Of a DNA stretch of 24,743 nt, positions 16,406 to 24,743 are shown in pieces (the stretch's first letter is position 1; every line of letters starts with the position of its first letter). The notes below the pieces were generated by a model, which was not told the origin of the DNA, did no database searches, and saw nothing but the letters and a program-made list of their open reading frames with translations. The stretch is from the IMG/VR virus record IMGVR_UViG_3300032269_001651, positions 1 to 24,743 of that record; one strand, 5' to 3'. A program made the position numbers and the translations under genes. This stretch comes from a virus (Duplodnaviria > Caudoviricetes).

Positions 16406-16840
16406 ATGTATTTTAATCAATCCGGCCTCGATCTGCTGCGGCAGTTCGAGCAATTCCGCTCGACTCCTTACAAGGACCAAGGCGGTAAACTCACTATCGG
16501 CTACGGCCATCTCATCCGCGCAGGCGAGAATTTCACCGCATTGACGCAAGCGCAAGGCAGCACACTTCTTGCCAAAGATGTCGGCCTGGCGGAAGCAGCA
16601 TACCGCCGCCGTGTCAAAGCTGAGCTGAATGAAAACCAATATGCCGCGGTGGTGTGCTGGATATTCAATTTGGGCGAAGGCAATTTGCAGCAAAGCACGT
16701 TGCTGACCAAACTGAACGCCCAAGACTTTGACGATGTGCCGGGCGAAATCCTGCGCTGGCATCGCGTCGATAATAAACCGTCGCGCGGGCTCATCCGCCG
16801 CCGCGCGGCCGAAGCCATGCTATTCCTATTACCTGTGTGA
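16406..16840 (+). CDS. Endolysin, GH24 phage lysozyme
   Basis: Catalytic E-x8-D-x5-T (E QFRSTPYK D QGGKL T) followed by IGYGH; FNLG.G, STLL.KLN and GL.RRR.AE..LF motifs. Confidence 0.95.
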   Translation: MYFNQSGLDLLRQFEQFRSTPYKDQGGKLTIGYGHLIRAGENFTALTQAQGSTLLAKDVGLAEAAYRRRVKAELNENQYAAVVCWIFNLGEGNLQQSTLLTKLNAQDFDDVPGEILRWHRVDNKPSRGLIRRRAAEAMLFLLPV

Positions 16841-16846
16841 GTTCTC

Positions 16847-17128
16847 ATGAAATTGCTCGAAGACGCAACAAAAGGTTCCATTGGAGAGTCCTTCATTTTT
16901 ACCGGCGGACTAGCCACCATTTATTGCTGGGGCAATTTTTCAGGTGCCTCGGTCAAACTCCGCGTCAGTCCTGATTCAAGCAATTGGTTTGATCTGGATG
17001 GCTTTATTCTCCCGCAGCCTGCCAAGCCAAAAAACCTGCACATGGCCGAGTGCTGGATGCGCGGTGAAGTAATCGGCGGTGACGGTAATACGCTCGTTAA
17101 TTTAGTCGTTAAACAATTTGCCAGATGA
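16847..17128 (+). CDS. Hypothetical beta-rich phage protein (93 aa)
   Basis: Follows the lysozyme by 6 nt; G.F.GASV.L..SPD...W.D pattern; no TM segment or lipobox. Confidence 0.65.
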   Translation: MKLLEDATKGSIGESFIFTGGLATIYCWGNFSGASVKLRVSPDSSNWFDLDGFILPQPAKPKNLHMAECWMRGEVIGGDGNTLVNLVVKQFAR

Positions 17129-17226
17129 GGTGCGCCATGCGAACGACCAACGAAATTAATAAAGCGATTGCAGAGGACGTCCACCGGCCTCCGTAGTGTT
17201 TCTGGCAATGGTTCTTATATACAACG

Positions 17227-17263
17227 AAAAACGCCCCGCATGGCAACGTGCGGGGCGTTTTTT
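17227..17263. terminator. Bidirectional intrinsic terminator between the convergent phage and Zorya operons
   Basis: AAAAACGCCCCGCATG-GCAA-CGTGCGGGGCGTTTTT: 16-bp stem (one G-U pair) with A- and T-runs on both sides. Confidence 0.9.
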
Positions 17264-17274
17264 ATTGTCTGCTC

Positions 17275-20200
17275 TCAACCTTTAAGAGACTTAAAAAGCA
17301 TCTCTGGCTTTAATCCTTGATCGCCAGAAATAATTAAATGGAGGTCTAATAAATTTTCCCACTGCCTATCGATGCTGTTTACCTTACTGGAATTGGTAAC
17401 GCCGATTTTCATGACTGGGCGAGTATTTTTTTCACAGCCATAATTTTTGAAGGCTCTTTCAAGATCAACGTTAATCTCTGGGCTTTTATCTGCGCGGCTG
17501 ACATGCTTGCACTGTACTATAGCTGCAATCTGTCCATCTGTGGTTTCGATAATCATATCAGCACCGCCATCCCATGATCTTGGGGTTGAGCGAACCTGAA
17601 AACCCTGCGACGGAGCAAATTTCTGTAACCTTTGAAGTGCAATATCTTCAAATTCTTGCCCTGAGAGCACATAGCTTTCGTCGAGGCTGATTTCAAAACT
17701 GCGGTCAGTATTAAAGGTTTTCCCAATAAGAGCATCCATTATGCCGCCTTCGTCAGGTGCAGCAATAAGCACTTTAGTGCTAAGTTTCCGCTTTGAATCG
17801 AGGAGCTGGTGCAGGTTATAGTCAAAACAGCTTTCCTTAAGGTCAGGGTGTATTGCTATCGGATAATGAATATGCACCGGGGACTCCTGACCGATTCTAT
17901 AAATGCGATCTGTTGCTTGGTCCTCTACCGCAGGATTCCACCATCTCGTGAGATGGATAACGTGATTCGCTGCCGTTAATGTAAGCCCCACACCCCCAGC
18001 GCGTGGCGATAATAGCATCACATCAAAAACACCTTTATTTTTCTTATCCTGAAACGCATCAACCCGTGCTTGCCGTGCAGCAGAATCGACCTGACCATTG
18101 ATAACCATTGGCAGTTCTTTAAGAGAGTAACGGTTTTTAATAATGTCTCTAAGAAATTCAGGCCGATGCCATTCGCTATACTCAATAAAAATAAGTGCTT
18201 TTTCATTCTTCGCGTGAATTTCATCAAGAATTTTGAAGCATGACAATAAACGAGCGGAGCGCTTAATGAAGTCGTCATCACTGACATACTGCTGCTGCTT
18301 TTTATAATCGGGATGCAATGAGTATGCTCTGAGCTTATGCAGCGCTTCAAGCATTGCACCTTGTCGTCCTTCGGAGTTTTTTACATCAATCAAAACCTGA
18401 TTATATGCCTTCATTTGCTCTTCTGGCATCGGCAGCGGATGCTCATGGATATATTTGGGTGGAAGCCCCGGTAGCTTTTCACGCTTCATACGTCGAAGCA
18501 TAAACGCCGGGGCTTTCTCGGTGGCAGTTATTAAGCCATCCTGGAGCTCCATAGTGCGCTGCATGGCGGTGTCGCCACCCTCAAGCATTGCCTTCTCATA
18601 TTTGTTGCTGAATTCTTTTATCGAACCCAACATGCCCGGCTGGAGAATATCGGTTATCGACCACAGATCGCATAACCTGTTTTCGACAGGCGTACCCGTC
18701 ATTCCAATCCAAAAATCACAGTTAAGGCTGGAGGCGGCACTATAATTTTGAATCCCCGGATTCTTTAGTTTTTGCACTTCGTCGAAGATAACAGCAGAAA
18801 AACTAACCGCACCAAAACTGGTTTGATAGCGCGTCAGTGTGTCATAAGTGGTCAACACAAGACCAGCATTTCTGAGTTTTGAGGTATTTAAGGATTGCCC
18901 GGATTTGATGGTTCTAAGCTCGGAACCAAATACCCTTACCAGATTGCCAAGGTCACGTAATAAATGCCGCTCAATTTCAGCTTCCCAGTTTTTAAGCAAG
19001 CCGGTGGGCGCGACAATCAATAAAGGTTTTGCGGCCAGTTCGCCATTTTCTATGCCGCTTCGCAGCCATGAAAAAAACATGAGGGATTGGAAGGTTTTAC
19101 CCAAGCCCATATCGTCAGCTAATAAAACGCCGCGCGAACCCACCTTAAAATGTTCGCAAAGCCAGTTGTACGCATCTTCCTGGTGAGGTTTTGGCGTAGT
19201 GCGCACTGCATCGGGAACACCTCTTTGCAAAGGGAAAGTGGTTCGTGGGACGCGATGCACGGCAAATTCTACAGTTTCTAAGTTCTCCTTCACCAGCATG
19301 ATCGCATTTTGAGATACAGGCGCAGGCTTAGGTTCTTTGGGCTCGCTTATTTTTTCGGGGCTTCGCGGAACGATTGCAGCAACGGAGGCTCTAGCATTGT
19401 CGCTTGCAGGAATTTGGACTCCGGCATGCTGCACGAACGGGACGCCAGCTTGCTGCGCAGTTTCAATTTTCTTAAGAAGCTCTTTTGCCGATGCCGATGT
19501 GAGTTGAATTTTCACGCCACCAATATCGATCCCTTTTGGTACATCCGGCAGTTCGCTTTCTGGTATCCAATCTCCCGGGGGAATCTGCATCCACGGTATA
19601 ACCTTGGCATTCCATTCTCCGATGCCGGTCACTCTGTCAGAAAAGATATTATCGAGCTGATCGTCATCGATAATTCCATCCAAACTTTCAGCAATTTCAG
19701 CCTTGGGGTTCCTTAAAAATTTTAGGCGTTCCTCAGCGCTCGCATGTTGAATTTTATGCACCACGGAAAGGGCTTTATTCAGCTGTTCCCCAATAATAAG
19801 ATACTTTCCTACGCCAAGATTATAGTAAGGAAGCAGCTTTGTGCTGTTACTGAAATATTCTGCATATTTGTTTTGCTCACTAGGGGGCAGGATGCTTTCA
19901 AATATGGATGAACCGCTCTCTTGATCTTCGCGTCTTCTAAGCAATACTGGGCGAATTTTATAACTATTATCTTCTGGAACAGCCTCTATCCTAAAAGCAT
20001 TTGCAAAATGCAGCTTGAGGCTGGCTATATCGGAAGATTCTGAAAATCTACTTCTTTCCGTTTCAGGCAATAAACTCCGCAGCCTCTCAAATTCTTCAAG
20101 CACCCTAAGCCGAGAGTCAACACTGTCACTATTCCCGATTGAAATTTTGATTGCATCAAGGTTTTCCGCCATCTTCCAAGCATGTACAGGAAGCAGGTAT

Positions 20201-20646
20201 TTCCTATCGCCGACGATCAAAAATCCCACCCGGCGTTCGCATTGTGTGATTTGCCGACCATTCCCATTCAGCCAATTATAGCTCAGGTTGTATCCATCAC
20301 TGTGAAGCAGGCCGTGGCTCTCTAAATGGATGCCACCTTCAAATAGAGCTGGAAACTCGATCAGCCTTTGAAGGTATCCCTCTTGCCCTTCGAATTCTGG
20401 CATGAGTTTCTTAAAGGGTAGCGAAACCGATGTACCGGCCATGTGCAGAGTTGCGAGATCATTCATTTTGATGAAATCGAGAAGCCAAATTGCCCCACTG
20501 TGATTCGATGCGGCCCAATCACTCACCGCTATTTGGCTATCATTCAAGAATAATTGAAATTCAACATGCCATTCATCACCATGCCTTATTTCTTGAGGCC
20601 GGAGCGTATAATTGGATGTCGCCTTTTTCTTAAATCCTAAAATCAC
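17275..20646 (-). CDS. zorD: ZorD: SNF2-family helicase/ATPase with C-terminal Mrr-like nuclease
   Basis: LLADDMGLGKT (Walker A), FDEVQ, TGTPVEN, GGVGLTLTAANHV and WWNPAVEDQATDR.YRIGQ; C-terminal EFE...DGGAD...VQCK; GTG start with AAGGA SD. Confidence 0.9.
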   Translation of the reverse strand: MILGFKKKATSNYTLRPQEIRHGDEWHVEFQLFLNDSQIAVSDWAASNHSGAIWLLDFIKMNDLATLHMAGTSVSLPFKKLMPEFEGQEGYLQRLIEFPALFEGGIHLESHGLLHSDGYNLSYNWLNGNGRQITQCERRVGFLIVGDRKYLLPVHAWKMAENLDAIKISIGNSDSVDSRLRVLEEFERLRSLLPETERSRFSESSDIASLKLHFANAFRIEAVPEDNSYKIRPVLLRRREDQESGSSIFESILPPSEQNKYAEYFSNSTKLLPYYNLGVGKYLIIGEQLNKALSVVHKIQHASAEERLKFLRNPKAEIAESLDGIIDDDQLDNIFSDRVTGIGEWNAKVIPWMQIPPGDWIPESELPDVPKGIDIGGVKIQLTSASAKELLKKIETAQQAGVPFVQHAGVQIPASDNARASVAAIVPRSPEKISEPKEPKPAPVSQNAIMLVKENLETVEFAVHRVPRTTFPLQRGVPDAVRTTPKPHQEDAYNWLCEHFKVGSRGVLLADDMGLGKTFQSLMFFSWLRSGIENGELAAKPLLIVAPTGLLKNWEAEIERHLLRDLGNLVRVFGSELRTIKSGQSLNTSKLRNAGLVLTTYDTLTRYQTSFGAVSFSAVIFDEVQKLKNPGIQNYSAASSLNCDFWIGMTGTPVENRLCDLWSITDILQPGMLGSIKEFSNKYEKAMLEGGDTAMQRTMELQDGLITATEKAPAFMLRRMKREKLPGLPPKYIHEHPLPMPEEQMKAYNQVLIDVKNSEGRQGAMLEALHKLRAYSLHPDYKKQQQYVSDDDFIKRSARLLSCFKILDEIHAKNEKALIFIEYSEWHRPEFLRDIIKNRYSLKELPMVINGQVDSAARQARVDAFQDKKNKGVFDVMLLSPRAGGVGLTLTAANHVIHLTRWWNPAVEDQATDRIYRIGQESPVHIHYPIAIHPDLKESCFDYNLHQLLDSKRKLSTKVLIAAPDEGGIMDALIGKTFNTDRSFEISLDESYVLSGQEFEDIALQRLQKFAPSQGFQVRSTPRSWDGGADMIIETTDGQIAAIVQCKHVSRADKSPEINVDLERAFKNYGCEKNTRPVMKIGVTNSSKVNSIDRQWENLLDLHLIISGDQGLKPEMLFKSLKG

Positions 20647-22063
20647 GGTGCTGTATCCTTATTCCTGTTTGGTCGTAAATAAAATCTGCCAGCCTTACTT
20701 GCCAACGGTAATTCTCGCTTCCCTGATGGCTGATTCCATCCTCCTGGTGAGTATCAACGATTTTCATCGATGCAGATTTTAGTAAAAATCCATTATACTC
20801 AAGCTTGTAAGTCTCAGGGCAAGCGCGATCGCCAATTTTCCACGCGCGGCATTTCCCATTATGGCTCCAATCGGCAAGCACTAAATCTCCGATTCTGACA
20901 ATGAGAACGCTATGCTTTCTGTCAGACACACCATTTAATTCACCGGCCGATAGTTTGTCGCTGAAAACTCTTTGTGCGTAGTATTTTGCATCTGGCCCCA
21001 GAGCTACCCACGCCTCGTCTAATACACCGCTGTCGTAATATGCTTTCCAAAAGGCTTTCCGATATTTCCAATGCCCTTCATTCGCTACCTGGTCGATAAT
21101 CTCAAAAAACTGATTAAGGCTCTCACCAACAAGCCAGCGAAACATCACTTTTTTATATTCGCTCTTAACGTCTCGCCACCCACTTCTTTCGTGTACTGGT
21201 AATCGGGGGTCATGAAATTGGACAAGCAGCCATTCGTGAACTGATTTCCTGGTTTCTTCTCCCAGAGCATTGTTGCTTTTCACCCAAGGGGAAAGCAGTG
21301 CCTCAATAACTTGAACTCGCTTGTCATTGAATCGCAAATGCTTATCTGCAATATGATATTTCTGCGCCGCAATCACAGCCTCTTTCTTCGGATTTGAAAT
21401 TACCTGATTAAGCAATTGCAGCCCAACCGCTTCGGCATAACCATTAAAACTCAACTCACCATCGAGCCCTGTGAGGTCAGAAAATCGTCTCCAGTCACAT
21501 TGGGCATCACCGGAAAACGCATCCGTTACTTTTCTTAGGTCAAAATTCTCTGCAAATAATCCGAATTTATCATGGCGAATTTTCCATTGCTCCAATCGAT
21601 GTTTTAAGTCTGGATTTGTGAATGCTGCACGTATTGCCTTGGATATAACAGCAAAGGATTGCGGGGAATCCGTCCTATGCTTAAAATCACGCAGATATAC
21701 ATAAATCAGCCTTCTCCAGCTGCTGGGCAGCGGTTGGTGGTTCAACCTATCCAAATAGTATTTGAGAAATTCCGGCTTATTTCCCAGCTTCTCATTTCCA
21801 TACCACAGGGCATAGGCTGCAATTTTCCAATCCCTTTGGTCAACGCTCGCTAAATCCGTATTCTCAAGCGCCAGTAAAAGCCTTTTGTACGTTGCTTCAA
21901 TTTCAAAACTAGCAGGAATCTTGGGCATCCCAGAAAGCTGTGATGTGATGCTCTCAACCATTTTTGCTGTCACAGGAATAGGCAAAACGGGAATAGACAG
22001 CTTCATTTTATGAAACTGCTTAATTCGATCTTTCGTATGCGCAATATTACTGTCCGACAGCAT
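20630..22063 (-). CDS. zorC: ZorC: EH-signature domain protein
   Basis: DPR......W, FF..I, R..FW..Y, DWSHNG.CR.W and ISH.G....WQ motifs; lies between zorB and zorD. Confidence 0.85.
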   Translation of the reverse strand: MLSDSNIAHTKDRIKQFHKMKLSIPVLPIPVTAKMVESITSQLSGMPKIPASFEIEATYKRLLLALENTDLASVDQRDWKIAAYALWYGNEKLGNKPEFLKYYLDRLNHQPLPSSWRRLIYVYLRDFKHRTDSPQSFAVISKAIRAAFTNPDLKHRLEQWKIRHDKFGLFAENFDLRKVTDAFSGDAQCDWRRFSDLTGLDGELSFNGYAEAVGLQLLNQVISNPKKEAVIAAQKYHIADKHLRFNDKRVQVIEALLSPWVKSNNALGEETRKSVHEWLLVQFHDPRLPVHERSGWRDVKSEYKKVMFRWLVGESLNQFFEIIDQVANEGHWKYRKAFWKAYYDSGVLDEAWVALGPDAKYYAQRVFSDKLSAGELNGVSDRKHSVLIVRIGDLVLADWSHNGKCRAWKIGDRACPETYKLEYNGFLLKSASMKIVDTHQEDGISHQGSENYRWQVRLADFIYDQTGIRIQHRDFRI

Positions 22064-22778
22064 TTTTTAGTTTCTTTACATCTTCTGGGGTTGGTGAACG
22101 CATAATGAACCTAAGTTCAATGCGCCTATTCAAAGCATAATTCTTTGGGTCTTTCGGATCGGCTGGCCTTCGCGCTTCATATCCGCTGACATTTAAGACG
22201 GGAACGCCGATTGTGTTTTTTATACCTTTGTTTAGGTACGGCTCAGCTGCTGTTAGCTCTCTAAAAACCGATATTGCCCGCTGCGCGGAGAGCAGCCAGT
22301 TATGCTCTTCCGAGCCAGTTGAATCAGTATGCCCCTCGATAAAAACTGCGTCGAGCCCGTCCTTGCTAGCTAAATTCAAATCTTTACATGCCGTAAGGCG
22401 GGATGGATCTTCTGTAACAGAGATGCAAGGAAGGTATTTGCCTAAAACATCGGCCAGGGTATTCAGCGCCTGCTTTCCTCTGGCATTAACTTTATATTCG
22501 TCGATGCCAAACAAAATACTTTCCGGCAATCTAAGTACGCCTTGCTCAATATCTACGGTTACAGGCACTCCTGCGTCCTTGAGAGAGCGCTCAATCTCCC
22601 TAAGCACTTTATCGCGCGATTCATTGATTTTTGTTACAGAGTCGGCGGCTTCTTGGAAATTATTTGCCACAATCATCAGCAGAATGATGAAAATAAAGAT
22701 AATGCCCACCAGCATATCCGTGAAGGATGCGAAATAGCTTTCGTCGTGCGTTTCAAGTGTTGTTGACTGCTGCTGCAT
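22047..22778 (-). CDS. zorB: ZorB: MotB/OmpA-like peptidoglycan-binding membrane protein
   Basis: SFTDML TM helix with conserved Asp21; IEGHTD, NW.LS.QRA and NRRIELRF OmpA-like motifs. Confidence 0.92.
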   Translation of the reverse strand: MQQQSTTLETHDESYFASFTDMLVGIIFIFIILLMIVANNFQEAADSVTKINESRDKVLREIERSLKDAGVPVTVDIEQGVLRLPESILFGIDEYKVNARGKQALNTLADVLGKYLPCISVTEDPSRLTACKDLNLASKDGLDAVFIEGHTDSTGSEEHNWLLSAQRAISVFRELTAAEPYLNKGIKNTIGVPVLNVSGYEARRPADPKDPKNYALNRRIELRFIMRSPTPEDVKKLKNAVGQ

Positions 22779-22782
22779 CTAT

Positions 22783-24639
22783 TTAACCCACATTTTTAGC
22801 TTGAAAAGATGACTGCTCACGTTCTTCTGCCAGCTCCTTAATCGCACCACTCAAACCATTGACTGCTCTGCTAAACTGCTCATCTAAAAGGGTGACAAAT
22901 TCCTGAATACTAGAGCGGAATTGTTCGCTGCCCTGCGCTAACTCACCAAAGGCCTTGCCCAAATCACCATCCACTTTATTAAATCGATCTTCATACTGCT
23001 TCCAAAGAGCCGGTATGGTTTCCGAGAATTTTTGAAGACCTTGCAACATGGAATTTAATTCCTGCTGGTTACGCTGAACTCTCATCTCAGTTTCCTGCAT
23101 CACCTGAAGTGCTTTTGTGATGCCAACAGACACTTCCCCTAATGGCTGCGCTGCATTACTTACTTGCCCTGAAGCTCGCTCAAGCACGGCGATAGTACCG
23201 GATATTCCATCAGCCACCGCCTCAAATATCTGCACCTTTTGATTAAATCTGCCTTCTGCCTGTTCGATCGATGCCGCTGAATTTTTGAAACCATCTGCTG
23301 CCATTGCAATGGTGCCGCCTGCCGTTTTGAGATGCAACGCGGTTTCATCGACCTTACTAAGTGATAGTGAAAGGCTTGCGAGTAGTTCCTGCATCGGCGC
23401 AAGATTACCGGATATATCGGTAACGGTGCCGGCGAGCTGTGACATGCTCTTATTGCTGATATCCGCTGCGCCACTGATGCTACCGCCAGCTTGCTCAATT
23501 TTGCTGGCAATAATTTCGAGCGAAGCCAAGGCTTGACCAAATTGCCCAATTCCCTGCTGTACTGGGGCAAAGGATGTGACGAATGTTTCGAGCATGGAGG
23601 CCAACCGCGCCGTGGAATCTTTAGTATCAGAGCCAAAAGCTTTACCCATCGACTCCATGTTTACGACAAGCCCATCGAGCGAACCCTTGAGTGTTTTCAC
23701 ACTATCAATAAGCCCCTGCATATCGTCTGCAGAGCTCTTGCGGAGTTGGGCAAGAAATTCTTGAAGCACCTTATCCAGTGCGTTTTCATTGCTACCCGAA
23801 AACTTTTGGGCAAGGGAGCGAATTTCCTGCGCCAAGGGTTCAAGGGCATTCGCAACACTCGCTGGCAGCTGATTGCTTAACACATCACCAATGCCTGTTG
23901 CGATGTTGGTCGCCATATCATTGAGGGCCGCAGTGTGTTTTTGCTGTTCTTGAAAATTCTCATGCAGCAGCTTTTCAGATGATTTGTATTCTGTGCATTC
24001 TTCAAGAAGGTCACAAAATTCTGCCAGTGTTTGCTGGAACTTTTTGATCCTCTGCCTCTGGAGAATTGAAATCAGGAGGCTGCTAACAATCCCAAAAATG
24101 GAGCTTATAAACTTGACGGATGCCACCGCTAAAAGGTCTTTAAGAGCCTGTTGCCCACCGCCGCTTGCAAGCCCTTCCTGGGCAACATGCAAAGCCGCAG
24201 CTAGGCCGATGAATGTAAATGTTAACCCAATGCCAATAAGATAGTTTGGATACGCAAGGAACTGAGATAAATTTAATCGCGTTCCGAGAACTGAATCCCT
24301 GTTAAAATAATAGGATGGCCGATGCGAGAGATACGCTTTTTTATTGTGTAGAGCCTCATTTCCAAAATACATGCTATCAACGAATTCGCGCCACGCATGC
24401 CTGAGTCCTTCGATTTCTGAGATTTGATTATTGATCGTCTCAAATCGGTTATAAAATTCCTCGTGCTGCCGCTCTTTGCCAAGTTCTCTTAAGACATTCG
24501 TGGCCTTATGCAGGTCATTATTAACTTTTCTAATGCCGAAAATAGCCTGCAATAATGGTATAGAGGCAACAAACAAAATGAATGAAACAAAGATGAGAAT
24601 CATCCAAGGCTGGGAAAGTAAGTGGGCGATCTGATCCAT
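22783..24639 (-). CDS. zorA: ZorA: MotA/TolQ-like three-TM protein with long helical cytoplasmic tail (618 aa)
   Basis: Start preferred at ATG 24639 (AAGGA SD 6 nt upstream) over TTG 24657; three TM segments (WMILIFVSFILF; P..LIGIGLTFTFIGL; KFISSIFGI); W.EF motif; ~420-aa A/S/L-rich helical tail. Confidence 0.9.
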   Translation of the reverse strand: MDQIAHLLSQPWMILIFVSFILFVASIPLLQAIFGIRKVNNDLHKATNVLRELGKERQHEEFYNRFETINNQISEIEGLRHAWREFVDSMYFGNEALHNKKAYLSHRPSYYFNRDSVLGTRLNLSQFLAYPNYLIGIGLTFTFIGLAAALHVAQEGLASGGGQQALKDLLAVASVKFISSIFGIVSSLLISILQRQRIKKFQQTLAEFCDLLEECTEYKSSEKLLHENFQEQQKHTAALNDMATNIATGIGDVLSNQLPASVANALEPLAQEIRSLAQKFSGSNENALDKVLQEFLAQLRKSSADDMQGLIDSVKTLKGSLDGLVVNMESMGKAFGSDTKDSTARLASMLETFVTSFAPVQQGIGQFGQALASLEIIASKIEQAGGSISGAADISNKSMSQLAGTVTDISGNLAPMQELLASLSLSLSKVDETALHLKTAGGTIAMAADGFKNSAASIEQAEGRFNQKVQIFEAVADGISGTIAVLERASGQVSNAAQPLGEVSVGITKALQVMQETEMRVQRNQQELNSMLQGLQKFSETIPALWKQYEDRFNKVDGDLGKAFGELAQGSEQFRSSIQEFVTLLDEQFSRAVNGLSGAIKELAEEREQSSFQAKNVG

Positions 24640-24743
24640 GTTTAATCCTTTAATCAATTGGTTAGTGTATGCGTTCTGATAATTCCAGCCAGAGTAGCAC
24701 TAGGCTTGATATCAGTGTGCGGAATGAGAACAAATCGCCATGG

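Larger units (their letters stand above)
1..17200 (+). mobile_element. Prophage/phage late (morphogenesis and lysis) region, siphovirus with RcGTA-like baseplate; continues beyond the left edge
   Basis: Contiguous co-directional genes in canonical siphovirus order: connector, neck, terminator, tube, chaperones, TMP, Dit, hub, peptidase, megatron, fibre, lysis. No integrase or att site is visible, so the right boundary is approximate. Confidence 0.93.
17275..24639 (-). other. Type I Zorya anti-phage defence operon zorABCD
   Basis: MotA-like long-tailed membrane protein, MotB/OmpA protein, EH-signature protein and SNF2 helicase, tightly coupled (4-nt gap, then two 17-nt overlaps); lower GC than the phage genes. 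Confidence 0.92.

Noticed and set aside
5373-16920. Numerous long minus-strand ORFs (e.g. 5373..6035, 11652..12281, 15309..15779, 16501..16920)
   Set aside because: Shadow frames fully inside well-supported + strand genes, with no recognisable motifs.
18455-24244. Plus-strand ORFs within the Zorya operon
   Set aside because: Antisense shadows of zorABCD with no independent support.
22047-24639. Flagellar stator motAB or a chemoreceptor
   Set aside because: No flagellar context; the long-tailed A subunit and coupling to EH-signature and SNF2 genes define Zorya.
1-24743. CRISPR arrays, tRNA/rRNA genes, IS elements, att sites
   Set aside because: None recognised; the window is almost entirely coding and intergenic gaps are short. 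A computed repeat search could still reveal short att cores.

Overview
Bases 1 to ~17200 (+ strand) are the late region of an apparently intact alphaproteobacterial-type siphovirus prophage or phage. In order: a small membrane/lipoprotein cluster, head-tail connector/neck genes, tail terminator, tail tube, a gpG/gpGT tail chaperone with a clear -1 frameshift site, and a 1326-aa tape measure protein (TMP). Next come an RcGTA-like baseplate module (DUF2460, DUF2163/BR0599, NlpC/P60, megatron), a DUF2793 tail fibre, a holin-like gene and a GH24 lysozyme. A bidirectional terminator at ~17227-17263 separates this from a convergent, lower-GC four-gene operon on the - strand: a complete type I Zorya anti-phage system (zorA-zorB-zorC-zorD, with an Mrr-like nuclease on ZorD). 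The least-explained signals are (1) a lower-GC antisense gene with a strong SD inserted between the TMP and distal-tail genes, (2) a GTG-TAG-CAC-CC-GTG 'stop-hop'-like arrangement at the TMP start, coupled to the gpGT stop, (3) a split lysis cassette with no canonical spanins, and (4) ssrA-tag-like ANDN motifs in the TMP C-terminus. Family calls come from motif recognition by eye; no searches were run, and GC statements are hand counts on sample lines.
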